A stretch of 64,000 nucleotides of DNA, taken from Octopus vulgaris. Taxonomy: Eukaryota. Positions 37,077-52,200 of this stretch are shown here, in pieces; within the stretch, counting starts at the first letter, position 1, and each line of letters begins with the position of its first letter. Below the pieces are notes generated by a model that saw only the letters and a program-made list of their open reading frames with translations, was not told the DNA's origin and ran no database searches. The stretch covers positions 86,986,001-87,050,000 of the forward strand of contig OX597825.1 in assembly GCA_951406725.2 (NCBI GenBank), in the 5' to 3' direction. Position numbers and translations under genes: made by a program.

Positions 37077-39712
37077 TATTATAATTTGCTTGAAGCATTG
37101 TTTTGTGTAAATGATATGTATAAAAACTTTCAGAAATGTAGGTGAGAAATTAGGGAAAATACGTATGTAATGTGAGGTTAATAAATAAAAGTATATCATA
37201 CATAGATTGTGCAATGCTTCTATAATATTTCGAGAACGATTCCCCTTGCCAAATATAAGAAACAAAATAATCCAAGAGATCGAAGAAAAGAGTTGTTATC
37301 GGTACATTATTACAAACACATTGCTTGCGATTTTTCTGTACGTTTCCTGCGTGGAGCAAACCATTTTTTTTTTACTAAGTGTGATTTGTTTGTCGTTGGT
37401 AGTAATTCATATTAACCAAGATTAAGTGGTGTTTTAAGTCTGAATAACAACACATGTGTAACACTTTGTTTATGCAGTTTTTTTTGTTGTGTCTGATTAC
37501 ATTCTTTTTTCTTTTTAATTTAACAAGAAAAAATCTTGGACAAAAAGAAAGAAAATCTATGGAAACTCATATATAAATACCGGAGAAAGGGTGACGAAGT
37601 CAACACATTTCGAAATAGAAATATTTTCTTAATTCGGTCTGGTATTATTTTTAGTGAAGTGTTTTTAAATTTTCTTCAAAATACTTGTTGAATTAAATTC
37701 AATAGAAATTATTGCGAAAAAAAAAATATTGATTTATTTCAGACACAGAAGGCTTTATTTTTGTTGCAGAAACAAAGTTGAACCGTCTGTCAGCTCGCTC
37801 TTAATACTTACAGCACTCAAAAACATGTGACAGCAATGAATAGCTTTAAATATCAATTGTGAATATTTCTAACCCTTGTATCAACCACACCATCGCCAGC
37901 ACCACTAAGACCACCGTATTCATAACAACGTATAGATTAGCTTGTTTACAGTAAATGCATCGAATGACACACACACACACACGCACACACACACACACAC
38001 CACACACATACACACACACACCACATACACACACATACAAAACACATACACACAAACATTCATACACAGATGCTGTTCTTTTGTCTTCAGAGACAAGATT
38101 TATCGTGTCCAGGTAAAATACTGTATGTTTATTTATAGTAACAAAAGTCTCCATTCTTGAGTTGAAGATCTTCTTTCCTTGCTTAAATTTCCTCGAGGTT
38201 CTTCGTATGTCAGCCGGTCTGTCTTTAATGCCAGTCTCATTATTAGGCCTGTTACCCAATTCATTTTCTTCCAAACCGCACCTCCATTTCGCCATCAGAT
38301 CACTTTCAAATAAATTTTCTCCAATCATTTACTAAATATAACCAGGTAAAAACTGTTTTTATTGCATTCAACATTTTTAGTTATCGATGATCTGAACTCT
38401 GGGAAATTCTTTAAAATTAATTGGAATTTCACAATGCTTCTTTCGTCAATGAAAACTAAAATTTTCGATTCGGTTTCTGTAGACGCGCTACTGGATACTG
38501 GGGACATTAATTCAGACTTAGTATTATTCACGTTGCGATTCAAATGGAAACCACATGGAATTTTTTATGCTTCATCTCATCAGGAATATCGGAACTCATT
38601 AAAAGGAGACGCAACGTATCTTAAGGCAATTACTTCTCACTGTAGTCAGCTCCCACTACCTTGCCTTACATAGCATCGTTAAATGACTATGGCTCTCAAA
38701 AGTGAAAGTATGTCGGCCATGGACCTCACAAAGTGTCTTTATTACAGGATATAAGCCTGATCACGTGGCTGGTTGTCCAGCAAACCATCCAATCAATGAT
38801 CTGCAATTTTACTCACCCTTTCTGTCATTTAATAAAAAGTAAGAAAGGAAAAAACAACATAAAAATATTGGATATGGGTTACATTTATCGAATCATCTCC
38901 ATTTTTATGCTGGTTTTCTATGAATGAAGGAATCAAGTCTTGTCACGAATATTATTAGAAGTATAACTGTATTCCAATTGAACGAACGTACTGAGAATTA
39001 AGCCCGAGTAGAGGAAATAGACTCGTCACAACTGTGACTTTTTATCTCTGCTCAAGAAATAAGTAGAAATATCTTTAAGATAATGAGGGATAAATTAGTT
39101 GTATTAAGAAGTAACGTCTGCCGCCTCTTGATGAGATAAATTTCTTCTTAATTGTATTAGTTTTAAAAAAAAAAAAATCCCAGATAGTTTAATTATTATT
39201 TCTCAAAGATAGGCAGTGTTAAAGCAAACAGTGTTGTGGGGTTAAAATCTCAGAGAGACTACCTTTGACATTTATCTTTTCGGGTCGCTATGATAAAATA
39301 CCAGTAAAATACTGGGTATGTTTCCATCGACTGTAATATTGTGTCAAATTCAAAAGTCCTCTGCCAAAATTCTTTGTAGTTACTACCCCACCCCAACGCA
39401 GTTAATAATCAAAGTAAATAATATCTTATTTGGCTGTTAAGTGTCAATGTTTTAAATAGAATCAATAATCAATAACATAAGATCGATAATGTACTCGAGA
39501 AAACCGAACGAAATAATAAATATTTTATACATATATTGGATATATTTTTCTGATGTGGTGAACGTCATAGAAAAAGACTTAAACCACATCTGTCAGTGAT
39601 ATTTTATGGACGACATGTTTGACTGAAGCAGCGACAGATAAATAGTTCGTTTACAGAAACAGTAATAAGTGCTGAAGCGAAGTGAGCCATCACCATTCGA
39701 TTCAGGAGTTCG

Positions 39713-39971
39713 ATATATATATTTCGGATTAGCTTCTAACAAACGCACATATCGTTTATATATATTTGGGATTAGCTTCTAACAAACGCACATATCGTTT
39801 ATATATATTTCGGATTAGCTTCTAATAAACGCACATATCGTTTATATATATTTCGGATTAGCTTCTAACAAACGCACATATCGTTTATATATATTTCGGA
39901 TTAGCTTCTAACAAACGCACATATCGTTTATATATATTTCGGATTAGCTTCTAACAAACGCACATATTGTT
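39713..39971. repeat. Minisatellite, 6 copies of a 43-bp unit
   Basis: Unit TATATATATTTCGGATTAGCTTCTAACAAACGCACATATCGTT, with ATTTCGG/ATTTGGG at 39721, 39764, 39807, 39850, 39893 and 39936. Confidence 0.95.
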
Positions 39972-40689
39972 TTAAAATACCACTTCCATCATTCTCACTC
40001 ACATCAGTCTCATGTCTGTTTCATCCACGTCATTCTCACTCCCTTGAGTTTCACTCACATCGGCAGGTTTCCTGAACAATTCTTAAAAAATATCTTTTAT
40101 CCTATTTTGAATATAACTTAAAAAGAAATCATTTGAAACTAGTCTTGGATTCATAAATTGTTTCATCATTGTTCTTTTCTAGCGCAACCAGTTTCTATCA
40201 CATCTTTTGCATTCTCACTCGTCGGCACCATAAATGGTAAACGATACATCTCAAAAGAGAGTCAATTCTATAGAAGTGACCAATTTATTGTTGATTCGTT
40301 TTCTACCTTTCTAAGAACATTTGTAGAGAAACCTTGTCCGCCGGCCAATGTTCTCATGGAGTTGGATAATGGCTGTGAAGATTCCAACAACAGCAAGAGA
40401 ACTGCCATTTGAAGAGAAATGACGACGGTTAGAAACATTAAAAATTTTTCCCGATACCTTTGTAAAGAAAGAAGAATTTTATTGAGACATCTTTTTTTGC
40501 TAATTACTAGAAAGGGAGGGCAAAAGTAAAAATAATTAATATTGCTTGGGTGGTGGTGGCGGACATTAGTTGGCTTCAACACATTACTTAGACCAGGTCA
40601 TCATTCTGTCTACAGAACATTCCCCCTTATTCCCCTAATGTCACAGAAATTACAGATGTGGTCAATGGATTGAGGAAAATACGAGGTTT

Positions 40690-40696
40690 ACTACTT

Positions 40697-40768
<72 letters not shown>
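40690..40768. repeat. (TAC)n microsatellite
   Basis: Direct inspection of the sequence. Confidence 0.95.
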
Positions 40769-42461
40769 GGTTTATTATTGTGCGTAATTTAATATTTAGT
40801 TTGTTTTTACGTTTAGGCCTTCGTTTTGCAAGATTCTTGATGTGAAATCATGCGTTGAAAAATGGAAGTCTGGACTAGAGGAGATGCTGAAGCGTTCACA
40901 GTATGTACGACGAAAGAACTTTCACAGATAAATAAAAAAAATAAAGCTAAAGTGAAGATCAAGTAAATAGTGCGTGTGTTTAGAGAGTAAAAGATGACCG
41001 TCCCAAAGCATAACAATATTAATAGTAACTCTTGTCAGTAAATCCGAAAGAAAACTAATTCTCGTGGTTTAAGGAAATAGTTTATCCGTCGGACTCCCGC
41101 GAGGCTTTAAAATTAAAACATGCGATGAAAATAACAATAAAGGTATCGTGTACCTTAAAAATTAAGAGATTGGCTGCTGCGGCCGGAGAAATGTTGGAAA
41201 CCTTTACTTTGGTAAATAATTTTATTTCATCCAAATCGATGTGAGATTTTAAACAATGTTGATTTTTATATTCAAAACCAATTGACCTATGACTAAGAGA
41301 TTTGTCTCCTAAAAGGACCAAGTCTACCTAGATGCAAATAGTACGCTAGAGTACCCCAGGGTACCACAGGGTACCACGATTTTAATATTTTACGTCTCAG
41401 GATTAGTGTTTAACCGATGTATTTGACACAATGACTCAGATTTAAAGAAGAGAATAAAACTAGCATCATTTAACCAATTAGCTGCCTAAACGAAATTAAT
41501 TTATTAGAGAAGGAATCGGAAAAATGTTCAGCTGCTTTCTTCTCGAACTTTCCTTTTGCTCTACATTCAGCCCTTTCTAGAACAATCTTTAATGAATGAC
41601 GCTGATTACATCATTCTTCTCATGTTCTGTTCGAATCAATTTAAAAGGGTCGCTGACTTGAAATCAATAGCATTACAAAACTCTTAATGTCTCTTTTACA
41701 AAGGGAAACAGTGTTTAATAAAACTTTTCTTAATAATTTACAGATCATTGTCCGTTACTTACTCCATACTTGTATAACCAGCTGGAATACATCTCTTGTG
41801 AACAGCAATTTAGTATTTGGCGTAGTTAATATCGACGTGCTTCGGTACGAAATAATTTCAATACTATAAAAATTCACCAATCAGACGTGATATTATAGAG
41901 AGGCTTATATAAATGACATTTCTAGTAAGATAAATATTTCTATTATAATGAGATATTCACTTATTGAATTAATCGTTAGAAAATTAATCATCAAATAGAT
42001 TGCCAATGATTATTATTCAACGATTTCCAGCTGCACATCTTCAATTCAGCCGAGGACAACATCACCAAAACAGTAGATTGTTTCTAGAATATTACTTTCC
42101 ATACAACAATCACTTCTGTGCTAAGTGTGGGAAAATCGTGAAATATAATTCTTTCTTATCACCTTTTCTACCGAATATGTCTGAAGCTGTTAGAAGGAGA
42201 TTAATTGACAAAATTCATGTTGTTTGTCTTATTTGAGAGGAAAATAGATTATTTGTTGTTCCAAACTTACTTCTGAAACAGAAAGAATATCTACCTAGCT
42301 ACATTTCTCTTTCTATCCGTGTATGTATGTATGTATGCATGTATGTATGTATGTATGTATGTATGTATGTATGTATGTATGTATGTATGTATGTATGTAT
42401 GTATGTATGTATGTATGTATGTATGTATGTATGTATATATATATATATATATATACATATG

Positions 42462-42502
<41 letters not shown>

Positions 42503-42555
42503 ATATGTATTTATATATATGTATGTATGTTTATATATATATATATGTATGTTTA

Positions 42556-42586
<31 letters not shown>

Positions 42587-42872
42587 TTATATGTATGTAT
42601 GTATGTTTATATGAATGTATGTACATAGACAAAATTAGCAATATTGCAGAAGCAAATTAATAACATTTGTACGAGGAGGTAAGCGGCCTCAGAAGTCACA
42701 ACTTTGACATAAAGATTAAAAATATAAAGATGTCGAGACAAATCTAATTAAATATAAAAAGAAACAAAACGAAAGCAATGGCTGTCGATGGAAGATATCG
42801 GAAATAAACAAAGCCAATGATTATATTAAATATCTGAAGGAAAATGGCGAATGTTACAGAGATTGATTTCAT

Positions 42873-43076
42873 ATTTCTTTATTGACCACAAGGGGCTAAA
42901 CATAAAGTGGAAAAACAAGGACAAAAGGATTAAGTCGATTATATCGAGTCAGTGCGTAACTGGTACTTAATTTATCTACCCCGAAAGGATGAAAGGCAAA
43001 GTCGACCTCGGCGGAATTTGAACTCAGAACGTAGCGGCAGATGAAATACCGGTAAGCATTTCGTCAGGTGTGCCAG
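42873..43076 (-). mobile_element. SINE family A
   Basis: Reverse complement of the 23502-23735 family. Confidence 0.85.
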
Positions 43077-43560
43077 TTGATTTCTGGCAGGAGAAATATT
43101 TTGTCAATGTGTTTTTTTTCTGTATTAATTTCAAAAAGGATTTAATTTAATCTACGTGACAAATGAGAGGATTCATGACCGAGTGAGTAGGAGGCGGTCA
43201 ACTCGCAAACGATGTACGACAAGAGTTAGCCTCCATTATCATCACACTCTTCTCTCTCCACGTATACGTTCATGTATGAGTGTGTGTGCATGTGTGTGTT
43301 TGTGTCTGTGTCTGTGCGTGTGTGAATGTATGTATATATGTATGTGTCCCATCTTTGGAAACAAGTTACTGTTAACCCGCATTCTTTAGAAGTACATTAG
43401 GTTATACCCATGCATGTGACGTTTAACTATCACATACACAAGCGACCCTAACTCTAAAAGAGAAACAGCAAGACGGAAACAACTGACCCCTCCAAGCAAC
43501 AGCTGGGTGAATGATGAATTGAAGGGTTAGGGTTAGGGTAAAGCAAGATGCATGCATACA

Positions 43561-43786
43561 TACGAGGGTTGGGGTGCAGAAATGTTCCTGGATTTTGGGG
43601 TGTCGCAAAAGGCCTGGCTGGAGGAGGCCCAAACCTCTGAGGTCTTTTAGAGGGCTTAGAAAAACCGCTGCAATGTGTGTGGGAATCTCAGAGGGGAACA
43701 TATTGAATAGAATCGTAATTAACTGATTCTCCTGTATTTTTTTTTTTTTACCTAAAGCCAGGAAATTATCAGCACGTACTTGCATA
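43561..43786 (+). mobile_element. Internally deleted mariner-like element
   Basis: TIRs TACGAGGG..GGTGCAGAAATGTTCCTGGATTT and AAAGCCAGGAAATTATCAGCACG..TTGCATA. The residual transposase C-terminus CNVCGNLRGEHIE* resembles W.KC...G.Y.E. Confidence 0.7.
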
Positions 43787-43961
43787 TGTATGTATATAGA
43801 GACATGAGTAAAACATATCTGTCATTCACAAAAAAGCCGAAGATGTGTGACAAGCAATCAGCTGAGGCGAAGGGGATTCAATAGAAATGTAGCATGAAGG
43901 GATCCGCAATGAAGGGAACGCATTTAAAAGTGTTGATCTTTTCAAACTGTTAATATCCGTT

Positions 43962-44021
<60 letters not shown>

Positions 44022-46352
44022 AGAATGTCTTAGTCTAAGTAAGATAGCCATTCCATTAAATGTGGCACCATGACTACTATAATGGTAGTTTGAGTGGGGC
44101 TAAAAGTAGGTGAAATTCGCTGCCCACTTTCATACCATTTCTTGTCCTTTAGCGGTTTTTGGTATGTTGAGAGCACTCAAACAATTTATGTTACGAAGGA
44201 GGTGAATGTGGCCCTAGTTTCTACATAGCCTTTAGGCCTTTCGCAAATACTTTGCAAGTTGATAGCTGCAAGAAAATATTAGCAAAGAGATCATTCCAAG
44301 AAGGACTCAGAGAAGTGACTGGAGACGAACCTGGTGTGGTTGCGGTGGAAGGAAAATGGATAATGAGGATTGGGAAAGAAGTAAGCCGGGAATGTCGGGA
44401 TGAGGAGGAGGAGGAGGGGGTAATAAGAAAGTTTAAGACGGGGAGAACGGATAGAACCTTCGGTAAGACGATAGCTAGGGTTGTACTTCTAAAGAATGGG
44501 GGTTTACGCTAACTTGCTTCCAAAGATCGGACACACATACATATAATACATACATTCACACACAGACTCAGACACACACACATGCACACACATGAACGTA
44601 TACGTGGAGAGAGAAGAGTGTGGTGATAAAAAAGAAGCTAACTCTTTGCGAGTAACCGATGGAACCTTATAGGATCAAATGGTTTTGTCGATTTGAAGAG
44701 ATGGCGTGTAAACAATGTGTCTGGTAGAATTCCTTCATATTTATTCAAAGAAATAAAGTTTGAAAAAATTTACTTGGTGGGAGTAGTGAGCAAATTCGAG
44801 GGCCAGTGTGGAGACTTATTCCACAGGATTATTCTTGCAGAATTATAATGGTCGGGAACTGGAATCTAGGACGATTCCATAAAGTTAGTAGAGATTGTTT
44901 TGGCCGGAGTGTGTTTGTTTAAACTGGGTTGCATGAACTCAAAGGATTTGGGGGAATGAGACTTTTGGTTGTGCCTCTAAGAGGATGGTCATGGTCAGCT
45001 GCCTTTGGTGTGTCAGAGTTAAAAGCCATTGGCAAATAGGGAGACTCTGACTGATTGACTGACTTGAAATTCCGTAGGGACGGGATTTGGGAAACGTGAA
45101 TGACTGATAAAAATGTGGGTGGTAATAATTGTTATAGAGAGTTGCTGATTCTACACCGGCAATGGGTCAATTCGATCTCTTGCTCTGTGGTCTCATTGCT
45201 CTTTCTTATATGTGGGTGCTACAGTTTGCCATAGTTAACTGGTGGAAGCATTTTCGTTGTGAAGGTCTGTCTCCATACTATATGAGCGCTGTCCCGTCAG
45301 TAATTTCCCCACGTGACAACAACAGCATTTAAGACAATCCCATATCCTCCGCCCTCCACTTTGTGATTGGTGACTCAGAAATCGTATCATTTCGAAAAGC
45401 CCACCCGTGGTCTGGCTATTGAAAACCACTTGGTCTACATACAGGTTTCTGAGAAGCGACAGCCCATAAGTTATATTTTCACGCCACTCCACCCTTGACA
45501 AAGCCAAAATATTTCAGATCAAACTGCGTTTTAGAAGCCAATTAATTTATTTCTTCCTGTGACAAACATCACATCTGAGAAATAAATAGGAATATTGCAA
45601 TATGTTACAGTATTTTCCTTTTTTATAGTTGTATGTCATTCTATGTAAGACAGAAGAACTTGTTTACTTCAGTTCCTCATTAAAACAGCTGCAGCAGCAA
45701 TGATAACAAACATAGGAGCAAAAACCCAAACCTGTAATTAAAGTTTATTGACTGAGCGATATCGTTGAAGCCGCCAATGCGGTGTCTGCCACCAGTTTGC
45801 AATTTGCATGTTTCTGGATAAGAACCATCTTCCATAGATGCACATAGTGTGCAGGGGCGTGTGTGAGCGTATCATGTTTCAGCATTTGAGAAACACCGAA
45901 GCATTTTAAAAGAGATCCTTTCCTAAAAGGTTCCTTTGCACCGATTCCTAAATACTCCCTCGTAGCCCTCCCCATCAAAAATACACAGAACCAGTAATTG
46001 ACTCACTGGAACAGGTAACTGATGACAGCCTTCTTTACTAATTGCTATAGAAAATAAACTGAATACTAAATACATACACACGGTACCAATACATTTAACA
46101 GAGGATTCACCTGATCGATTCTGAAAGAAGCGTTTAATAAGGAGGGTGTCAAGTGTTGATGATGAAAGTTAATGAATCGGAGAAACGGTAAAGAAGCAGG
46201 GACCGTCATGCCAAAGGACTTCTACAAAGAAATGGTTATTTTATTAGAATCAATACAACGAACACAACACGGCCCGAAGCATCAGTGTAGCGATAGAGCG
46301 GTCGATTAGCAAAGGAAACAGGTCTCTTCCTTTGTCTTTTCCTTCTCTCTCA

Positions 46353-46470
<118 letters not shown>

Positions 46471-47167
46471 GTATATATGTATATAAACCTATTGTTGGTT
46501 GTTTGAATTTAAATGACGTTGCGATGAACATAGAAGAAACCATTTGGGTGTACAAAGGAGTTATTAGAGGCAAACCTATTGATTGCGTTATATATTTATG
46601 AGTGAAATTGCAAGTTTGTGTGGAACAAAAGCGAATGCTGCGATATATTTGTCATTGCAAGTTTGTATAGAGAAGACGCAGGTTTGGTGACCACAATTTC
46701 TCTGCTATATTCTTTGGAGATTCCATGATCGAATTCATTGTTGTCGGCTGCGGTTAACCGTATATCTGCGGTATCGATTTTAGATTTCGCGGGGCTAAAC
46801 GTAAAATCGATAAGACAGAGTCTTCATAAATTCTCATGGACATCAACAATTCTAGCAGACGTTCATGTGGCTGGAATTTCTCCACTGTATCGATCAATTC
46901 CAGTCTTTCGATTGATCGGTGTGAAATCAGAAGGATTTAAAAGTATTTTCTGCTAAATGCATTTTCTACACACCTCTTCTTTGTTGTCCGTTGGTCCTGA
47001 TTAAAGTCAAGAGCGAATAATTGTGGTGGAAATAACACACACACATACACACATGTCGCCTTTTTTGTATCACCTAAGCGTCTGGATGTTTTGCGTTCTT
47101 GTCCCATTTTTGTATTTTTTATATATAAAATATAGTGGCGTACTTATATTTTGGTCTCTTATATGCA

Positions 47168-47203
<36 letters not shown>

Positions 47204-47438
47204 TATAGTATAGGACTAGCTTATTCATGTGACGTATATATTTGTTGTATGATGCATATATGTTATACATTGTACATATGTACGAGAGCGACGGATGCTG
47301 AGAATAAACAGGTTTTTCAAATCCATTTTGAGCGAATCGAAGGAACATAATTGTTTAATATCATCTGATAATAATACGGTGACATGTTAGCTGGACAGAT
47401 TCAGGGAGCCTGATTATAAGTTGTCTGTAATATTGTGC

Positions 47439-47478
<40 letters not shown>

Positions 47479-48084
47479 GAGATGAGGCTTAAAGCCTTCT
47501 ATATTGATCCGATTATTAATCCCCAGAGGCGAAGCAACACAGTTTCTAATTGCAGGTTAGACATTAACCAGAAATTCAAATGATGTGACGTCATGAAGTC
47601 ATGTGTTCATTACAGAGGAACGCTAACTTTGACGATTTGAAGAAAAATCAAAGAGACAGGACATAAATAATCCATGAGAGGATTTACATTGTTACAACAA
47701 GCTATGGAAACACAAGTTAATTATACTAATTATCTTTACTAATTATATTAGAAATCTATGTTTGATTATGCTGTTTGTTTACAGCTAGTTAGGATAATCA
47801 GAAAGACTGAGATGTCTCGCAAGTTGATGCAGAACAACACCAGAGATGGAATATTAGCCGCATCCAACGAAGGAGACTATATGTAGCCACATGACTATTA
47901 GAAATAGCAGTCAAAAATTTCCTCAGATCACACTTAACCGTTTAACTGGAACGACATATTGGATAGTATAGTTCTAGTGGTATAAACATGCCTCGTGGTT
48001 ACAAATAGAATGTATAATGCTAAGTGTATAATATACTGTCACATGTGTATAATACACGGGTTTACATAAGGCTAAACATCATCT

Positions 48085-48428
48085 CCACCACCACCACCAC
48101 CACCACCACCACCACCACCACCACCACCACCACCACCACCACCACCACCACCACCACCACCACCACCACCACCACCACCACCACCACCACCACCACCACC
48201 ACCACCACCACCACCACCACCACCACCACCACCACCACCACCACCACCACCACCACTACCACCACCACAACCACCACCACCACCACCACCACTACCACCA
48301 CAACCACCACCACCACCACCACCACCACCACCACCACCACCACCACCACCACCACCACCACCACAACCACCACCACCACCACCACCACCACCACCACCAC
48401 CACCACCACCAACCACCACCACCACCAC
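48085..48428. repeat. (CCA)n microsatellite, ~114 units
   Basis: Direct inspection of the sequence. Confidence 0.95.
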
Positions 48429-50399
48429 TTCCAATAATAGCAACAACAACACATATCATGAGTTGATCTTTAGTCATTATAGTAACAACGTCGACTCTCG
48501 TAATCTGTTAATCTCTCGAGAATCTCACTTGGTTGATATTCACAATTTAGGGCCTCGCTTGAAACCATTTCCTTTCATTTGCATCGGTAAATTCTTCGAA
48601 GAAAGAATTAATGTCAACTCTCTCAATTTTAACTGAAAACATCGAACAATGCCTGACTAGTCAAAAGGAATTGGTATTTTCTGACAAATAGAATAGGCAG
48701 ATATTAAATATGTAAAACTAATATTTAGTATAGATCTGTTCGCTTTTGATGAAAGTGTACCATCGCATTTAGCTGAAGACATTTTAATGTTGAAGGAATA
48801 TTCATGAGTGTTGGTATTAGCGGTTGAACAGCGGAAATGGTGGTTATCGCGGAAATACGATGGTTTATTTGCATTTTGATTCAGAACGGTGTTTTGAAAT
48901 TCTATGATATATGTTGGCATTCTAAATTGTATTATAGAATATGGACGGATAACTTTACACCATTCTGAAAGTCATATTTGATGCAAATCACCATAAAGCG
49001 ATGGTGAGATACTGCAAAGCTGTGTCTATGATGAAGGCTGGATTCCCAACTGAGATATTTCCTTTCAACTCTTTCTATCGGCGATTTCGGGCCGTATTAA
49101 GCAAGTTGTACAATGATGGGATTTATCAGACCGACTTTCTCTCCATATAATAAATGGAGAAATATTCAAATTTAAATTTTACACCTGTAGAAAATGTCAG
49201 CAGTGTTCGATTATTGAGCAACGGACGAAGATATGAAGTTATAAATGTTCAAAGCAACAAGAATGCATTAAAATAATTTACTTCTCTGCTTTCTGAAATC
49301 GAATTATTTCTTCTATCTCAGGCTATCCTTGCTATTCAATAAACACAATAATAAAATCAATAATCGAAGTAGTAAGAATATTAATCGAATCTTATTAAAT
49401 AAATTATAATTGTACACAAATTGCAATCGTTTTCAATGAAAATGCTATTTAGAAATGGTGTCCGTAATATTTTTGTTTAACGAGAAGAAAATAAAGATCA
49501 TGAATAAAGCAGTTCTGTAGCTTTAATTAAGAAATAATTTCAATTATACAGGAATTATTTTAAAGACAGTTATTTCATACACATACACACACGTGTGGGA
49601 GTGAAGGAGTGTTGATTAAAAAGAGCCGAAGTAAGATAGTGAATTAAGTGAGAGTGGAATTGGGAAGTGGTGGGGTGTTTAAGGAGTGTTTTATAAAGGG
49701 CTTGTGAAAGTACCCTCCTGCTGGTTCCATTTGGATAGCTGACATTTGGTGAAAAATATAATGATCAGATGTTTTCAAATTTTCAAATTCTTTTCGTATG
49801 GCTGAACCAACAGACTAAATTTTATAAAGAGAAGCTTTAGTAATTTTAATGTTAAAGTTGAGTTTAGGTGTGTGTCTGGTGAGGGGGTGAGGGTTGTTAA
49901 TGAGGCATAAAATACATGTCTTTTGATAAAAAAGGGATGATAGCAGAGAGAAAAAAATAAGGATAGTTTTGGAATCCTGTCCCCACCCCAGAATAACCAA
50001 ATCTCTTATAAGTTAACAAAGAATCTTTAAAAAAATCTCCACACCAAAGTTAACAAAGAACTTATTAGATCTACACACTAAACTGTATAATTATGTTATA
50101 TTATTAGAAAATTAAATTGATTAGAACTACCAGTGAAGTCATTCTTTTCCTTTTTCAAATATGCCAAACTCAAACAAGGATTTCACATGTTTTACAAAAT
50201 TCAAAATCTGTTACTGAATCCTTGAAATCGGAGACAATATTACAGGAAATCTCAGAAAAACTTTCTATAATAATAAATACGATTCTCTTACCAATGCCGT
50301 ACATGAAATGGAACGATTAAGCTATAGGGAAACGCTTGATTCGTTAATTGCAGCCCGCCGGAAACAAAAACAATTCTTTTCCTCTGAAACAGCAACACA

Positions 50400-51500
50400 C
50401 GATCAGAATGCCGTCGTCCATAAGAATGGAATGCGTTCAAAGAATGGAATCTGGAACTAAATCTGGAAAAAGAAGCTTTCAAGAAAAGAAATCAAATGAA
50501 AAATAGTTGGGACCAATTACTAAGTCAAAGAAAACCGGCATACTGGAACGACTTGAGGATTGAAAACCTTGCAGACACAAACGAGATATGGCGAAGTGAA
50601 GAAGAAGTCATCCTCCCGAAAAAATTCCGTATTAAAAAGATAACATCGGAACCAAATTAAAAAAAAAACAAAATAAAATTATATCTAGTTCAGACTGAAA
50701 TCACCCTTCTCCGTCTTAGAGTGCCAAAATTCAAAGAATAATTTGAAAAGTGTGGCAGAACCATTCAAGAAGAAATAGACAAAAGGAGCAACGACGACGT
50801 GCGCGAAAAACTCTTTGACTTCTGGAAGATCGATACAACCAGAAAGGAATTAAAATCAAAAGAAAATCTTTGAGTCAAGAACACAATGGCTACAAGAATA
50901 TGAAAAGAACTATGGGAAACACCCGGATAACAAACCCATAACAAGAAGTCCGCAAACTTGTGAAAATTCCAAAACACAAGAAATGAAGAATTCTCACGCA
51001 ATAAACAAACTTCAACTAAAGATCGGAGAATCCCAAGCACACAGACTAAATACCAAACACCAGAACCAGATATACCTACCGTCAAAACCCCAGAACAATT
51101 ACCATAGACAAAATCAAAGATGTTTGAAGAACGACGGAACAACTGAAGAAGCAAACCTCCATATATCAACCACCAGACAAAATTCTACCGTTCAGAAAAT
51201 TATCAACATGAAATGCTAGCTAACAGAATATTTCAGCACAATAGAAACACTCCTATCCCAAATGCTATTTCTCTTTTAGGACAAGGTGCCTCCTATTAAA
51301 TGAAGAAAAAAACACAACTTTTCAAGTGACACTTGATGAAGAAAACCCACGAGCGTCAAAAATAACATATTGGCGAAGAAGACGAAATCAAACTTAGAAA
51401 ATTGACTGAAGTTCACACCCGCCCCGAAAGCAGATCAAACCGATCTTATAAGAAAATACAGAATATTTTGTCGAAGATTACGTCGAGGAGAATTCTTTCA
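50400..51500 (+). pseudogene. Decayed protein-coding relic, probably a transposable-element ORF (unidentified)
   Basis: A-rich coding-like composition. Broken frames give LLSQRKPAYWNDLRIENLADTNEIWRSEEEVILPKKFRIKKI, QTEITLLRLRVPKFKE and EEIDKRSNDDVREKLFDFWKIDTTRKELKSKE. No splice structure is evident. Confidence 0.5.
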
Positions 51501-51799
51501 GGGTGTAGAATATGAGGACGAATCACTAGTGAAAAACAAAAAGAACTTCGAGCCCCGCTAAATAGAGACAGACACCTGAAGAATATAAAACCTGCCTTCG
51601 ATGATCAGCACAGTCAAATATTACAGAGACAGTAAGGGGCGGCCAGAATATGTATGTTAATTCACCGTTGTTACTAATAAGGCGGTAAATACTCGAGTAG
51701 ATAGGGGTCTTGTCCACAATTAGCAGCGCCTTCAACTCGGTAGTAAGTTCGAGACAGAGTTTCCTGATAGCGATAAACCGCAGGAATGTAATTCAAGAA

Positions 51800-52200
51800 A
51801 AACCAGTAAAAATGTGCATGATAAACGACGATCTCTGAAATGGTAGATAATGCACTTTCAAAATTCTCGGATGTTTTGACTCCTTTATTTGCGCCAGCTT
51901 TCAAGGGTACAAACCATCTGAATTCATGGGACACCAGAAAACGTTCCTAAATTGACGATGGCTTGTAGAATTCCTGAGTTTTCTTCTGGAGACGACTTTA
52001 AGAATTTAGTCTTGGATTTTTATGAGATATGAATTATTTCATATCTCAAGGTTAGAATTTAATCCGAATTTGTTGATGCACTTTGCTGTAGAACATCTCC
52101 TCCAGCAGGGAATTCTTTCAAATGTCATAGAAATTTTAACTCAATATTTACGTCAGTTCGTCTTCGTAGTTTTGTCCCGCGAGTCGCTCTATTTTTAGCT
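51800..52200 (-). pseudogene. Possible very decayed mariner transposase N-terminal half
   Basis: Minus strand gives GGDVLQQS (cf. YGEDAL) and RWFVPLK..NK (cf. WVPHEL...NK). The match is weak. Confidence 0.3.

Noticed and set aside
38081-38102. Possible 22-nt micro-exon (TTTGTCTTCAG...CCAG/GTAAAA)
   Set aside because: It rests on splice-like signals alone, with no partner exons or homology, and such signals are expected by chance in 64 kb.
39713-39971. CRISPR-like array
   Set aside because: The units are contiguous with no unique spacers, the DNA is eukaryotic, and there are no cas genes.
44060-45240. Possible decayed LINE body
   Set aside because: The composition is suggestive, but I could not recover any diagnostic RT or endonuclease motif.
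48024-48477. Gly-rich or Thr-rich (mucin-like) protein
   Set aside because: It is a pure (CCA)n microsatellite with no codon variation, signal peptide or splice context.
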